This document shows, in pieces, positions 53,444-63,607 of a DNA stretch of 64,000 nt. The notes under the pieces were generated by a model, which had not been told where the DNA came from, did no database searches, and saw only the letters and a list, made by a program, of their open reading frames with translations. The position numbers were made by a program, and so were the translations under genes. This DNA is from an uncultured virus (IMG/VR IMGVR_UViG_3300049576_000013) (taxonomy: Duplodnaviria; Heunggongvirae; Uroviricota; Caudoviricetes). The number at the start of each line of letters is the position of its first letter. Within the stretch, counting starts at the first letter, position 1. The stretch is from IMG/VR virus record IMGVR_UViG_3300049576_000013. One strand, 5' to 3'.

Positions 53444-53748
53444 TAGCTACCCCACTTGTTCAGAAGACCAGCCACCATTGAGGCAGCGGGGATCGCCAGT
53501 ATGGCCAACACGATCCCTTCCAGCGTCCAGCCGGTCATAGCAAGGACGGCCAGCGGCATGACGAGGAGGCTGATCCAGATGGAGGTGCACCACGGGCAGT
53601 GGGCGAAGTAGGCAGTCTTCGATTCTTCACCGAATCGCTTCACGACCCAACGTCGGATGCCGATCGTTATCTCGTCGTCAACGAGGAGACGCGTCAGTCG
53701 CGCGACTGCGAGCATCCCTACAAGGAGCGATACGATCAACACCCCCAT
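53443..53748 (-). CDS. DUF1360-like membrane protein
   Basis: ARLTRLLVDD.IT, CPWC.S.W. Confidence 0.75.
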   Translation of the reverse strand: MGVLIVSLLVGMLAVARLTRLLVDDEITIGIRRWVVKRFGEESKTAYFAHCPWCTSIWISLLVMPLAVLAMTGWTLEGIVLAILAIPAASMVAGLLNKWGS

Positions 53749-53828
53749 AGCCTAAAGGTGAAACTCCTGCAAGGGGTAGACGCCACTTAGGTGGGGACTT
53801 GCCCCCCAGGGGTCCCTGTGCTAGTGTC

Positions 53829-53856
53829 TGACAGGTCACGTTCCCCTGACCTGTCA
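53829..53856. terminator. Hairpin bounding array 3
   Basis: TGACAGGTCA-N8-TGACCTGTCA. Confidence 0.55.
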
Positions 53857-54281
53857 CATCCGCCCCACCCTCTTCGATCCTGCCCGGATCCGACAACCCA
53901 TACCCACCCCGTATCGAGCCCGACAACTCCGACTATCCGGCTCACCTCGCCACGACCTCTCTACCCAGCCCAGTTCGACTGCCCGACGCTGGCCCCCTCG
54001 TTCCAGCTCCTTAACGACACGCCGGACCACATCTGACCCGGCCGATTGACCGACCGCACCACACCAGTCCTCTTCGACGTCTCAGGCCGTTTCCACTCAG
54101 GCCGACATACCCACTCCGCCCAACTCACCTCGATTGACTTGCCAGTTCACGTCGCCCCGTCGCCCGGCCGACATGTCATCTCGCTCCAACTCAGACCGGA
54201 ACAGGCCCGACGCACCAGCCCCACCCCCTCCAATCCGATCCGACAGCTCATGCCCACCCGCGCCCACTCAATACAAACGAC
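53856..54281. repeat. Pentamer-periodic array 3: about 12 units of GAC+(NNNYC)5-7, orphan copy downstream of terminase
   Basis: e.g. gac gtctc aggcc gtttc cactc aggcc gac; gac gcacc agccc caccc cctcc aatcc gatcc gac. Confidence 0.85.
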
Positions 54282-55704
54282 TAAGGTCATACGCACTCTG
54301 GTCCATATGCAACTCGTAGCGGCTCGGATCACCGAGCCGCATTTTTTTGCGCTCACCAGACATGAGATGGATCGAGGCGTGGACGAGGGCGTCCATCCGG
54401 TCGGGACTCTCCCGAGTAGACGTGGGGTCATAGAGAACCATCTGATTCTCCAGTTCATCCCAGGTGCCCACCATGTGCAGGCGCCCTTGCTCTGAGCGCA
54501 TAGCCACTGGTTCAGCTCGTGTCTTCTTGCCGTGCTTGGCGTGTACCGGCTTCATCGGTGGCGTGGTACCGCGCGGGAACATCCCCAGCTCCACGCACTC
54601 CTGATAGGCGTCTTGAAGCACCTCGTGGAGGTACCGCTTCCCTAGGTTCTCCTCATATACCAGGATGTCGGCGGCGAACTCAGCCACCGCCCGCCAGGCA
54701 GCCAGAGCCGCTGCTCGTCCTGACTCACTGACAGTTCGATCGGCCAGGACGTAGTGGTGATTGTCCTTGTCCCGGCCCACCACCACGATGCCGGTCTGGG
54801 CATCTTCACCGGTCAGGTTGGGGTCCATTCCGACCACGGTGGAGATCAGCACCTCGGGCACTGTGTTGAGCCGATACTTAACCAGGTCCATGCGCCGGAA
54901 CAGTCCACCGCCGGTCAGCTCCAGTAGCTTGCCGTACAGCTCCTGCTCGCCCAGCGCCGTGCCGGCGTAGCGGATCTTCAGCTCGGCCAGGGCGTGCTTG
55001 GACAAGTTGACTGCGTTGTCGAAGGTCGAGCCAGTGATGATATGAATGGTGCCGTCATCCCGGGCCAACCACTCCATCAGGAGTTTGATCGGTTTCGGTG
55101 TGGTGGTGACGAAAGCACGGGGGTGGTCGTTGATCAAGTCAGCTCTGAGGGCTGGCAGCAGGCCCTCATACCAGGTCTCGTAGGGCTTGACCCACTTCGC
55201 CATCTCGTCACAGAGCACACCTGCGGCGTTGTACCCACGTCCCGTATCTGGATCATCCGCCCCCTCCAAGTAGATCTTGGAGCCGTCAGGGAACAGGACC
55301 ATGGGGCGAGGACTCTGCTTGTAACGGTGATCGATGCGGCGCCGCTGAAGAACGTTCAGGATCCCACTGGGACCTTCGGCATTGATGGTGCGGGCATCGG
55401 CCAAGGTGTCGGCGACCACCAACCACTCCGTGGGCACACCAGACCGGTCATAGGGGTGGCGGAGGACTCGGTCTACAACCCATTCGGACCCAGCCCTGGA
55501 CTTCCCAGCCCCTCGGCCAGCCATGTAGAGGTAGACCAACTCGTCACCCTCGGGCGGTATCTGCTCCGGCCGGGCGACGTACCACCATTCTCCCCGGTTC
55601 ATTTCCATGAGCGCTTGTTCAGGGAGTCGACTGATGAACTCGACCCGCTCGGAGACAGGGAGCATGGCCAGCCGCTGCTTCATGGACAGGCCCATGGCGA
55701 TCAT
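54268..55704 (-). CDS. terL: Terminase large subunit
   Basis: Walker A AGRGAGKS, Walker B VLCDE, TTTP, GMDP, SPDRMDAL; start approximate. Confidence 0.95.
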   Translation of the reverse strand: MIAMGLSMKQRLAMLPVSERVEFISRLPEQALMEMNRGEWWYVARPEQIPPEGDELVYLYMAGRGAGKSRAGSEWVVDRVLRHPYDRSGVPTEWLVVADTLADARTINAEGPSGILNVLQRRRIDHRYKQSPRPMVLFPDGSKIYLEGADDPDTGRGYNAAGVLCDEMAKWVKPYETWYEGLLPALRADLINDHPRAFVTTTPKPIKLLMEWLARDDGTIHIITGSTFDNAVNLSKHALAELKIRYAGTALGEQELYGKLLELTGGGLFRRMDLVKYRLNTVPEVLISTVVGMDPNLTGEDAQTGIVVVGRDKDNHHYVLADRTVSESGRAAALAAWRAVAEFAADILVYEENLGKRYLHEVLQDAYQECVELGMFPRGTTPPMKPVHAKHGKKTRAEPVAMRSEQGRLHMVGTWDELENQMVLYDPTSTRESPDRMDALVHASIHLMSGERKKMRLGDPSRYELHMDQSAYDLSRLY

Positions 55705-55812
55705 GTTAAGCCGATTCTTGTCAGCCCCCCCCTCTAGGCTCTGTCTCGGTGGGTCAGGGAGGGCTACCCTGTTGGGCATCTCCCCTCGGATCTGCCAGGA
55801 AGAAGGACTGCC

Positions 55813-56229
55813 TTGTCGCAATCGGACATCGAACTGGGGCGCGAAGTGGTGCGGTCCGGGAAGCTCCAGGAGCTCCGATCGCAGCTGGGACTGAGCCGCA
55901 ACGCCATGGCGGAACTGCTTCACACCGCTGCCCTGACCTACACGTCCTGGGAGAAGCGGCCAGAGACCAACCTGTGGCCGAGCACTGCCGAGAAGGTGGG
56001 TCGCTTCTACCGAGTGGCCACGGAGGAGATCTTGCTGATGACTCAAGCCGGTCTCAAGGTGAACGAACTGATGCCGTTCCATCTAGTGGCCACCCAGCTA
56101 GGACTGCCTCAGGAGACCCTGTTCGGAATGTACCGAGATGGACTAATTGAGGCCGTGGACGGAGGGATTCTGGGGCTGTGGGTGGAGCGGGAGCAGTTGG
56201 AGCGCTACCGAGCGGGCGTGTGGACCTGA
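55813..56229 (+). CDS. XRE-type HTH DNA-binding protein
   Basis: LQELRSQLGLSRNAMAELL...YTSWE. Confidence 0.75.
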   Translation: MSQSDIELGREVVRSGKLQELRSQLGLSRNAMAELLHTAALTYTSWEKRPETNLWPSTAEKVGRFYRVATEEILLMTQAGLKVNELMPFHLVATQLGLPQETLFGMYRDGLIEAVDGGILGLWVEREQLERYRAGVWT

Positions 56230-57005
56230 CCTTCACGGAGCTGGGGGACGACGTACCGAGGGACCCGTTCGCTGACATGATCAAGGCCGAGCTGCTGGAA
56301 ATCATCAAGTGGGCGGATCGGCAAAACCCCCGGGCCCAGCAGAAGCTACCCGGCCCCTCCGAACTAGGTGACCCGTGTGACCGCCGGCTTGGTTACCGCC
56401 TGGCCGATGTGCCCGCCGTCAACACGGAGTTCGACCCGTGGGCAGCGATCGTCGGCACCGCCGTCCACTCCTGGCTGGAGTCAGCTTTCCAGGCGTGGAT
56501 GGCTGGGCCAGGGGCTCCGCTGTGGTCCACCGAGACGGAGCTGTGGATCGACGACTTCGTCCTGGGACACTCCGATTTGTACAGTCACGAGTATCGGGCC
56601 GTCATCGACTGGAAGGGTGTCGGCCCCGATGTGATGAAGAAGTTCCGCAAGGAAGGGCCGCCCGAGGGGTACAAGATCCAGACACACCTGTACGGGTATG
56701 GCTACCAGCGGAGGGGTTTCCCGGTCGAGCGGGTGGTGTTAGCCTGCTTCCCTCGGGCCGGTTGGATCAAAGACATGTACGTCTGGGCCGACCACTACGA
56801 TCCCAGCATCGCCGAGGCAGCGCTGTCCAGAATGTACAAAATCGCACAGGATCTTGTCTCCTTGGACATATTGAAGGAGAGCCATGGGCACCGGTGGGAG
56901 CAGCTTCCCGCAACCCCGAGCAACAGCTGCGCCTGGTGCCCGCTCTACGATCCTGGCCGTGACCTCGAACGGGGCGCGGACGCTACGGGCTGCCCGGGGA
57001 GGTGA
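56220..57005 (+). CDS. Cas4-like PD-(D/E)XK exonuclease (phage recombination type)
   Basis: GPSELG.PC.R, GTAVH, GHSD...IDWK, Q.HLY, CxWCP. Confidence 0.85.
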   Translation: MDLTFTELGDDVPRDPFADMIKAELLEIIKWADRQNPRAQQKLPGPSELGDPCDRRLGYRLADVPAVNTEFDPWAAIVGTAVHSWLESAFQAWMAGPGAPLWSTETELWIDDFVLGHSDLYSHEYRAVIDWKGVGPDVMKKFRKEGPPEGYKIQTHLYGYGYQRRGFPVERVVLACFPRAGWIKDMYVWADHYDPSIAEAALSRMYKIAQDLVSLDILKESHGHRWEQLPATPSNSCAWCPLYDPGRDLERGADATGCPGR

Positions 57006-57217
57006 ACATGACGCAGGGAACTGAGGAGTGGTACGTCGCGATGGCCGACGCCATCAAGGCCCGGGAGCGCGCTGAGCTCGGGATCAAGCGTTGGCAGGAG
57101 AAGCTGGACGAGGCCGAGGCCACCATCGCGGATCTGGCCAGCGAGGCACGGGAGGAGATCCCGACTACCGCAAATGTGACAGTCGACGCACAGGAGCAGG
57201 CACCAGCACAGGAATAG
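57002..57217 (+). CDS. Hypothetical coiled-coil protein
   Basis: Coupled overlap. Confidence 0.6.
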   Translation: MNMTQGTEEWYVAMADAIKARERAELGIKRWQEKLDEAEATIADLASEAREEIPTTANVTVDAQEQAPAQE

Positions 57218-57229
57218 GAGCAAGGGAAC

Positions 57230-57874
57230 ATGTTCGACGAACCGGACTCTGGCGGATCAGGCGGGCGACTGCGCCCAGCGGACTGTGTCGGTCACCTGCT
57301 GTTGGTGTGGGTGATCGACTACATCGAGCACTCGCCCACCCAGTTCACGCAGCCGGGCAAGCCCAGCGACGCGGTAGTGGTGGACGTGGTGGACCTGGAC
57401 ATGGTGGGTGACGATGGTCAGCCCGGCATGCTGGTCCGCAAGGAATGGTGGCGCCCGGGGCGACTGGTGCGTGACCTGAAGGGGCGGGTGGGCCGGCCCA
57501 ACCCGATGCTGCTCCAAATGACTCGGGGAATGGCCTCCCCGGGCAAGCAGGCCCCGTTCGAAGTTGTCTCCATGCTTGGCTCTCCGCAGGCAGTTCAGCG
57601 GGGCGAGGCGTGGCGCCTGGCCCATCAGGACTTCGTGCCGTCGAAGCCTGACCCGATGCCGAGCTACCAGCAGCCTGTCGTCGTGCCCTACGAGCAGCAG
57701 CAGTCTGCACAGAGCTGGGTGCCGGCCTCCCCTCAACCGCCGCAGCAGACACTGCCGCCGCCCCCGGCTCAAATGAGCCATGATCAGCGCGCCACGATGC
57801 TGGAGCGGCTGGCGCTACAGGCACAGCAGGGGCGGGATCGTCTCCCCCGCCAGGAAGAGGAACCACCGTTCTGA
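57230..57874 (+). CDS. Putative ssDNA-binding protein
   Basis: Beta-rich N-terminal domain, Pro/Gln linker, acidic EEEPPF C-terminus typical of SSBs. Confidence 0.6.
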   Translation: MFDEPDSGGSGGRLRPADCVGHLLLVWVIDYIEHSPTQFTQPGKPSDAVVVDVVDLDMVGDDGQPGMLVRKEWWRPGRLVRDLKGRVGRPNPMLLQMTRGMASPGKQAPFEVVSMLGSPQAVQRGEAWRLAHQDFVPSKPDPMPSYQQPVVVPYEQQQSAQSWVPASPQPPQQTLPPPPAQMSHDQRATMLERLALQAQQGRDRLPRQEEEPPF

Positions 57875-57886
57875 TCAACAGAAAGT

Positions 57887-57921
57887 GACGGGGCCCCCGA
57901 CCTACCTCCAGGGGCCCCGTC
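57887..57921 (+). terminator. GC-rich hairpin
   Basis: GACGGGGCCCC / GGGGCCCCGTC. Confidence 0.55.
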
Positions 57922-58116
57922 GCACCATCCAACACAGAGGAGAATCCATGCTGCGCCGATCGTACGGTATGTGCGGTAGCGAGCTGCGGACCCTCTTGCA
58001 GAAGATGGTTGAGCCCTCTGGCCTCCCGCGCCTAGTGGGCGCAGAATGTCAACACCAGGTACCAGCTGACTGCTGACGCCGGCCAGAGGGCTCCCTCCAC
58101 CAACAAAGGAGATGTA

Positions 58117-60552
58117 GTGACCATAGCAGATGTGGCACGACAGTGGCAGGCCAGCGGCGTCTCGGTCGTGCCCATCCTGGCCAACGGCACCAAGCGGGCG
58201 GCCGTGGAGTGGGCCGCCTACCAAGCCCAGCCGCCCACCCTGGACCAGGTCAACGAGTGGTGGGGCAACGGTCGCAGTTACGGCCTGGCCCTGATCTGCG
58301 GTGCCGTGTCAGGCAACCTGGAGATGCTGGAACTGGAGGGACGAGCCACTGGTGGTAACGCCCTCTCGGTCATCTCGGCCACCATCGCCGACACGGAACT
58401 GGCCGACCTGTGGGACTGGTTGACCGGCCCCAGTGGCTACATGGAGTGGACCCCCAGCGGCGGGATCCATCTGCTGTACCGAATCAGTGACCACCCGGTA
58501 CCGCCGAACACGAAGATTGCCCGCAACGAGCTCAACGAAGTCCTAGCCGAGACGCGTGGCGAAGGTGGCTACGTCGTCGTAGCCCCCACTACTGGCCTGT
58601 GTCACCCCAGCGGGGAGGCGTGGCAGTTGCTGGCTGGCGAGTACGGTCACCTCCCGGTGATCACCTGGGACCAGCGGGAACTGTTGCACGCAGCCATTAA
58701 GCTGGCCCTCGACTGTGCCCCAGCTCCCGTAGAGCGCCCCCCTGCGCCGGCACCTCTCCCCCGAATCAACGGCGCGGGGGGGTCTACGCCCGGTGACGAA
58801 TTCGAGGCGTCCACCGACTGGGCGGAGATCCTGGTACCGCACGGCTGGACGCTGGAGTCGCGGCGGGGCATGGAGCGGCACTGGACGCGGCCAGGCAAGG
58901 AACGGCGGGAGGGGAGCTCAGCCACTACCGGGCGAGCCCAGGATCGGGATCGTCTCTACGTCTTCAGCACCTCGACGATCTTCGACAACGAGGTCCCGTA
59001 CACCAAGTTCGGCGCGTACGCGCTACTGAACCACAATGGTGATCACGCTGCGGCGGCTCGGGAGTTGCGTCGACAGGGCTTCGGCTCCTCGGTAGCCCCA
59101 GCCTCCCTAGGGGAGATTGCCCTCTCCTCCGAGGAATCTAGCGAAATCCCCCCAAAGCCGGCATATGACTTCAATGACTCAGGCAATGCGCACCATTTGC
59201 ACGATCGGATAAAAGGTACATATCACTGGGTGCCTGAGACCAAGGACTTCCGCCACTGGGACGGCAAAGTGTGGTCACAGGACAAGCACCAAACCATCCT
59301 GGCCACCGCCACGACCATGACCCAGGAGTTCCGCGATCAGGCTGGCCTGGACGGGGACGAGAAGGCGGCCAAGTGGTGGATCCGGTCAGGGAACCGGGAT
59401 CCGTTGCAGGCCATGGTGCGGCTACTCCAGTTCCGGCCCGGGATGTCGGTGTCAGCCAACGAGTTCGATGTGAATCGACACCTTGTGACCGTCCAGAATG
59501 GAACCCTCGACCTGGACACTGGCGAACTACTCCCCCACGATCCTCGCCACCTGCTCACGAAGGCGATGGCAGCCAACTTCCGGCCCGGGGCGGAGTGTCC
59601 TGAGTTTGAGAAGTTCATGGAGCGTGTGATCCCCGACGCCGGCATGCGTGCGTATGTACAGAGGTCCCTCGGCTACACGCTTCTAGGCGACGCTGACCAG
59701 CGAGCCATGTTTCTCGTGTACGGACCCTCGGGGACCGGGAAATCTACCCTAATGAGCATTATGTCCGAAGTGTTCGGCGACTATGCAGGGACTGCGCCCA
59801 GCGGCACACTACGGGCACAGGTACGCGAGCAGGGTCCATCGAATGATTTGCACTCACTTCGGGGGCGCCGGTTCGTATCCACCAGCGAGACCAACGAGGG
59901 CACGCTCTACAACGAGGATCTGATCAAGCGCCTCACCGGCCGGGACCGGGTAGTGAGCCGGGATCTGTATGAGAAGAACCAGGAGTGGACGCCCGTCTGC
60001 ACACTGTGGCTGGCTACGAACCATCCGCCTCGGTTCACTACCGACGACGACGCCATCTGGCGCCGGATCAAGCTGATCCCCTTCAACACGGTCCTGGTGG
60101 GCGACGGCGAGGTTCATGACTTCGCTCGCTCGGTCCTGGCCGAGGAGCGGGACGGCATCCTGAACTGGCTTCTGGCTGGCCTCCAGGACTTCCGGGCCAA
60201 TGGCCTGGGTGAGCCACCGGCCATCGTGGAGGCGGTGCAAGAGCAGCGGTTGCAGTCAGACCCAGTGGCCCAGTTCCTGGCAGACAAGCTGGAGGACGGG
60301 ATGCTGGTCCTTGGCCAGGAGCACACGATCAAGATCACTGACCTGTACTCGATCTTCACCGAGTGGGCTCGGCAGGTCGGTGAACGAGCCATGGGCAGTC
60401 GTCGGTTCAACCAACGAATGCGAACCAGGGACTTGGACGTGAGCATGGTCCGGACTGGGCAGATGATGTACTGGTCGGGGATCGGGCGAGCCCCAGGGGC
60501 CTCGCTCTTGGGCACGATGCAGACCGGGTGGGGGTTGCCGCAGATCGAGTAG
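58117..60552 (+). CDS. Bifunctional Prim-Pol plus D5/P4-family SF3 helicase
   Basis: TPSGGIH, ETRGEGGYVV.APT; YGPSGTGKST, TNH.P, AIWRRI..IPF. Confidence 0.92.
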   Translation: MTIADVARQWQASGVSVVPILANGTKRAAVEWAAYQAQPPTLDQVNEWWGNGRSYGLALICGAVSGNLEMLELEGRATGGNALSVISATIADTELADLWDWLTGPSGYMEWTPSGGIHLLYRISDHPVPPNTKIARNELNEVLAETRGEGGYVVVAPTTGLCHPSGEAWQLLAGEYGHLPVITWDQRELLHAAIKLALDCAPAPVERPPAPAPLPRINGAGGSTPGDEFEASTDWAEILVPHGWTLESRRGMERHWTRPGKERREGSSATTGRAQDRDRLYVFSTSTIFDNEVPYTKFGAYALLNHNGDHAAAARELRRQGFGSSVAPASLGEIALSSEESSEIPPKPAYDFNDSGNAHHLHDRIKGTYHWVPETKDFRHWDGKVWSQDKHQTILATATTMTQEFRDQAGLDGDEKAAKWWIRSGNRDPLQAMVRLLQFRPGMSVSANEFDVNRHLVTVQNGTLDLDTGELLPHDPRHLLTKAMAANFRPGAECPEFEKFMERVIPDAGMRAYVQRSLGYTLLGDADQRAMFLVYGPSGTGKSTLMSIMSEVFGDYAGTAPSGTLRAQVREQGPSNDLHSLRGRRFVSTSETNEGTLYNEDLIKRLTGRDRVVSRDLYEKNQEWTPVCTLWLATNHPPRFTTDDDAIWRRIKLIPFNTVLVGDGEVHDFARSVLAEERDGILNWLLAGLQDFRANGLGEPPAIVEAVQEQRLQSDPVAQFLADKLEDGMLVLGQEHTIKITDLYSIFTEWARQVGERAMGSRRFNQRMRTRDLDVSMVRTGQMMYWSGIGRAPGASLLGTMQTGWGLPQIE

Positions 60553-60555
60553 GAC

Positions 60556-60583
60556 TTGCACCTACCCCTCCCTGTGCTACTGT
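60556..60583 (+). promoter_or_regulatory. Promoter with CTACCCCTCCCTG spacer motif
   Basis: TTGCAC-16bp-TACTGT with extended TG. Confidence 0.6.
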
Positions 60584-60616
60584 GGGGCTACATCACCCAT
60601 ACAGAGGGGAGGTTGA

Positions 60617-61414
60617 GTGACCTTCATAAACATCGACGCGATCATGACCAGCCGCAAGCTGGAACCTGGCGATGACGTGTCTGAGCTGGCGAAGCACATC
60701 AGCAACAGTGGCCTCCAGTTCCCGGTACTGATCGATCGCGGACACAACCTTATCGACGGGCTTCGTCGTATCGAGGCTCATCGCCTGCTGGGTCGCACGC
60801 AGATCGAGGCACTGGAAATAGCCAACTCGCTGGAGCTTATGCCGCACCTGCGTGCGGTTAAGCAGCATGGCCACCTCGCCATCAATCATCAGACCTACGA
60901 GCGCAAGTGGGCGCTCTACCAGTCCGTGATGTCCCTGTACGGGGCGACCAGGTCCCTGCTGACCAGGGGGCAATCTAGCAACCTGAGAGGACGGGGCGCC
61001 AAATTCTCGGTCACTAGTGACATAGCCGAGGTCCTGGATCTCAGCAACCCCACTTTGCACGCGTTCGTTGCGCTCTTTCGCATGCGTGACAAGCCCCAAC
61101 TTAACCAGGAGAAGGTTGAAACTGCCATCGCCATGCTGGAGAACGGCGAGCTGACCGTCCACGCCGCCCTTGGACGGATGCGACGCGGGTTAATCCCGCG
61201 TGGCCACGTCAACAACCTGGCTGAGCAGCGACAGGCGTTGCAGTCCATCTCGGCATCGCTGGGTGGACTTGGGCATGTCCTCAACCAGATGGGACGGCTG
61301 AACCCTCGGCTGTCTCGCGAGGAGGTGGAGGCTCACCTCGACAGCATGCGACAGTTCCAGACCACACTACGCAGATTCGTGAAAACCTACACAGAGGAGA
61401 ACAAAAACCGATGA
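60617..61414 (+). CDS. ParB/Srx-like N-terminal domain protein
   Basis: LAKHI...GLQFPVLI.....LIDGLRRIEA...LG. Confidence 0.8.
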   Translation: MTFINIDAIMTSRKLEPGDDVSELAKHISNSGLQFPVLIDRGHNLIDGLRRIEAHRLLGRTQIEALEIANSLELMPHLRAVKQHGHLAINHQTYERKWALYQSVMSLYGATRSLLTRGQSSNLRGRGAKFSVTSDIAEVLDLSNPTLHAFVALFRMRDKPQLNQEKVETAIAMLENGELTVHAALGRMRRGLIPRGHVNNLAEQRQALQSISASLGGLGHVLNQMGRLNPRLSREEVEAHLDSMRQFQTTLRRFVKTYTEENKNR

Positions 61415-62244
61415 CTGATCAGGTGCCTACGGTGCTGGCGGACAAGCCTTACACCACCGAGGATGTTCCAGTCAACAAGCTCGATGTGGACCGCCGCGTG
61501 CAGCGAGAAGTGCTGAAGGAGCGCAAGGTCCAAACCATCGTCAAGGAGTTCAACCCCGCAGCGTTCGGCATCATCACCGTTTCGCGTCGCAGGGATGGTG
61601 GGATGTACATCGTCGATGGGTGGCACCGAGTGGAAGCCATGCGCCGACTCACTGACAACGAAGGCTCCGTCCCGTGCCATGTCTTCGACGGCCTCTCCAT
61701 CGAAGAGGAGGCATCCGTCTTCCTTGACGGCAACTTCCGGGAGACGCCCAACAAGATGGACAAGTTCAAGGTCCGTCTGACCAAGGGCGAGCCGAAGGCG
61801 ACCAAGATCGATCAGCTCACCAAGGCGTACGAGTGGCAGATCAGTGCCACCCCGACCAACGGCAACATCGCCGCCATCGGTGCCCTGGAGCGGCTGTACG
61901 ACCTCTCCGAGCGCTTGGAGATGGAGCCGCACCTGATCCAGATCGTGCTCATCACCATCACCAGGGCGTGGGGTCACGAGCGGCAGGGTGCCCAGTCGGT
62001 ACTGCTGGAGGGTCTGGGTCGGCTGTGGGCCGCGTACACGTCGAAGATCAGCCTGGACCGTCTGGTCGAGACCCTGCGCAACTACCCGGACGGGCCGCAC
62101 GGCCTGCACCTGGCCGCCTCCCAGGCGTCCCGGGCACGGGGCCTGAAGGTCCCCATGGCGGTGGCGGACATCGTCACCGAGCGGTACAACAAGGGCCTCG
62201 GTGCCAACAGTCGGCAGCGGCTGCCGATCTGGAACCAGCGGTAA
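61411..62244 (+). CDS. ParB-like (DUF6551-type) protein
   Basis: L.VD..VQR, F.P.AFG.ITVS.R, IVDGWHR, EEA..F...N. Confidence 0.8.
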   Translation: MTDQVPTVLADKPYTTEDVPVNKLDVDRRVQREVLKERKVQTIVKEFNPAAFGIITVSRRRDGGMYIVDGWHRVEAMRRLTDNEGSVPCHVFDGLSIEEEASVFLDGNFRETPNKMDKFKVRLTKGEPKATKIDQLTKAYEWQISATPTNGNIAAIGALERLYDLSERLEMEPHLIQIVLITITRAWGHERQGAQSVLLEGLGRLWAAYTSKISLDRLVETLRNYPDGPHGLHLAASQASRARGLKVPMAVADIVTERYNKGLGANSRQRLPIWNQR

Positions 62245-62486
62245 TGGCCCAGCTACCCGGCGGGGATTGGCTCATCCAGCAGACCGATGGGGTGGTCCGC
62301 CTGTTTCATCGCTACACCGAGGAACTGATCGTGGAGTTCGAGGCTGGTTACGACGACGCCGTTGCCAAGGCCCAGGCCACCATCCACGCCAGTGATCGAC
62401 TGACCGAGGAGCAGAAGTGCTTCGCCCATTTCTGGTCCGGCTACTTCTACGCACATGCCACCGCTGCCACGATGGTGATCCGCTGA
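62244..62486 (+). CDS. Hypothetical protein
   Basis: TAATG overlap. Confidence 0.65.
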   Translation: MAQLPGGDWLIQQTDGVVRLFHRYTEELIVEFEAGYDDAVAKAQATIHASDRLTEEQKCFAHFWSGYFYAHATAATMVIR

Positions 62487-62487
62487 C

Positions 62488-62536
62488 GACACACAGAAGC
62501 CCCCTACCTGGATCAGGTAGGGGGCTTCTGTGTGTC
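62488..62536. terminator. Bidirectional terminator (23-bp perfect stem)
   Basis: GACACACAGAAGCCCCCTACCTG / CAGGTAGGGGGCTTCTGTGTGTC between convergent genes. Confidence 0.85.
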
Positions 62537-63178
62537 CTAGGCGTTGGCGGTCGCGGGCATGGCTCGCATCTGCTTCACCAGCGTGCTGACGTAGTTGTAG
62601 CTGAGACCGGTCTTCTCGACCAGCTCGTGTACGTCCGCCTGCGGGTACTTGGCGAGGAACATGGCCACCTTCTCCCGGCCGGTCACCTTCGGCTCCTGCG
62701 GCGGCTTGGGGGCCGGCAGGTTCTTCTCCACCTCGGCCGCCGTCTTACCGGTGGCCAGGCGGGACTTGATGTCCCTGATCTGCGCCTCGATCTCCAGGAC
62801 CAGGATGGCACAGACGAGCATGAAGCAGTCGATAGCGATAGGCAGGGTGTTAGCGGTCAGAAGATCGCCAGTCTCCCGGTGGAAAGCATCTCGCTGGTGG
62901 AAGAACGAGTTCAGCCCCATGAGGAACGCCAGGATGCTCAGGACGCCATAGAGCATGACCTTAAAGCTCCAGTGACGTTCCCGGGCCAGCGGGTTACGCG
63001 AAGCAACCTCGAAGGCCAGGAAGAACAGGACGGGTGGGCCGAGGGCGATGATCTGGGCTTCGAGGGTCGGGCGTGCATTGAGCACGTTGCCGGCCGCCGA
63101 GCCCGCCAGGCCCAGGACGGTGAGTCCCAGCAGCACCCAGCGGCGCCACTTCAGCTCCTTCAGTTTGTTGGGCAGCAT
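62537..63178 (-). CDS. DUF2637-like multi-TM protein with C-terminal HTH
   Basis: S.AGNV, SF.HQ, LPIAID motifs; C-terminal HTH-like segment. Confidence 0.7.
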   Translation of the reverse strand: MLPNKLKELKWRRWVLLGLTVLGLAGSAAGNVLNARPTLEAQIIALGPPVLFFLAFEVASRNPLARERHWSFKVMLYGVLSILAFLMGLNSFFHQRDAFHRETGDLLTANTLPIAIDCFMLVCAILVLEIEAQIRDIKSRLATGKTAAEVEKNLPAPKPPQEPKVTGREKVAMFLAKYPQADVHELVEKTGLSYNYVSTLVKQMRAMPATANA

Positions 63179-63266
63179 TGATTTGTCCCCTTTCAGGGTG
63201 GTTAAAGTGATTGGTCCGGGGCAGCGGGAACACTCGATCTACCGCTGAAGCTCACCGGTACGTGGA

Positions 63267-63295
63267 ACAGTACCCCAGGGGGGGGTGGGTGTCAA
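63267..63295 (-). promoter_or_regulatory. Consensus SigA promoter
   Basis: TTGACA-17bp (CCCACCCCCCCCTG)-TACTGT. Confidence 0.75.
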
Positions 63296-63607
63296 GGGTG
63301 GGGCGAGGGGAATCAGGTTCGCAGCCTGCGCGCCCAGCCAGCCCAGCGCGCTGATCCCTCTTCTTACCTGGCTGTCCAGGCCCCAGACGCAGAACCGCGC
63401 CGCCCTCGGTGCCAGTACACCATGGGAGGGTGGCGCGGTCCTCGCCCGCGTACTGCGCCGGGCGTGACCCCGGCTACGGGAGTTCAGTGCCCGGCCCCGG
63501 TCGCAATCAGGGGTGCGCTCACAGGGGCCGGGCCGGTGCCCGAGCAGTTGGGGGAACTTTTCAACCGCTGGGGTAGTCCCCCAACCGGAGTGTCCCGGGC
63601 AACGTCA

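Noticed and set aside
53791..54495. ORFs 53791-54036 and 54046-54495
   Set aside because: Shadow ORFs over array 3 and antisense to terL
56220..57005. Cas4-like gene as part of a CRISPR adaptation module
   Set aside because: No cas1/cas2; it lies in the replication/recombination operon where stand-alone Cas4-like nucleases are common in actinophages. A role with the arrays is unsupported.
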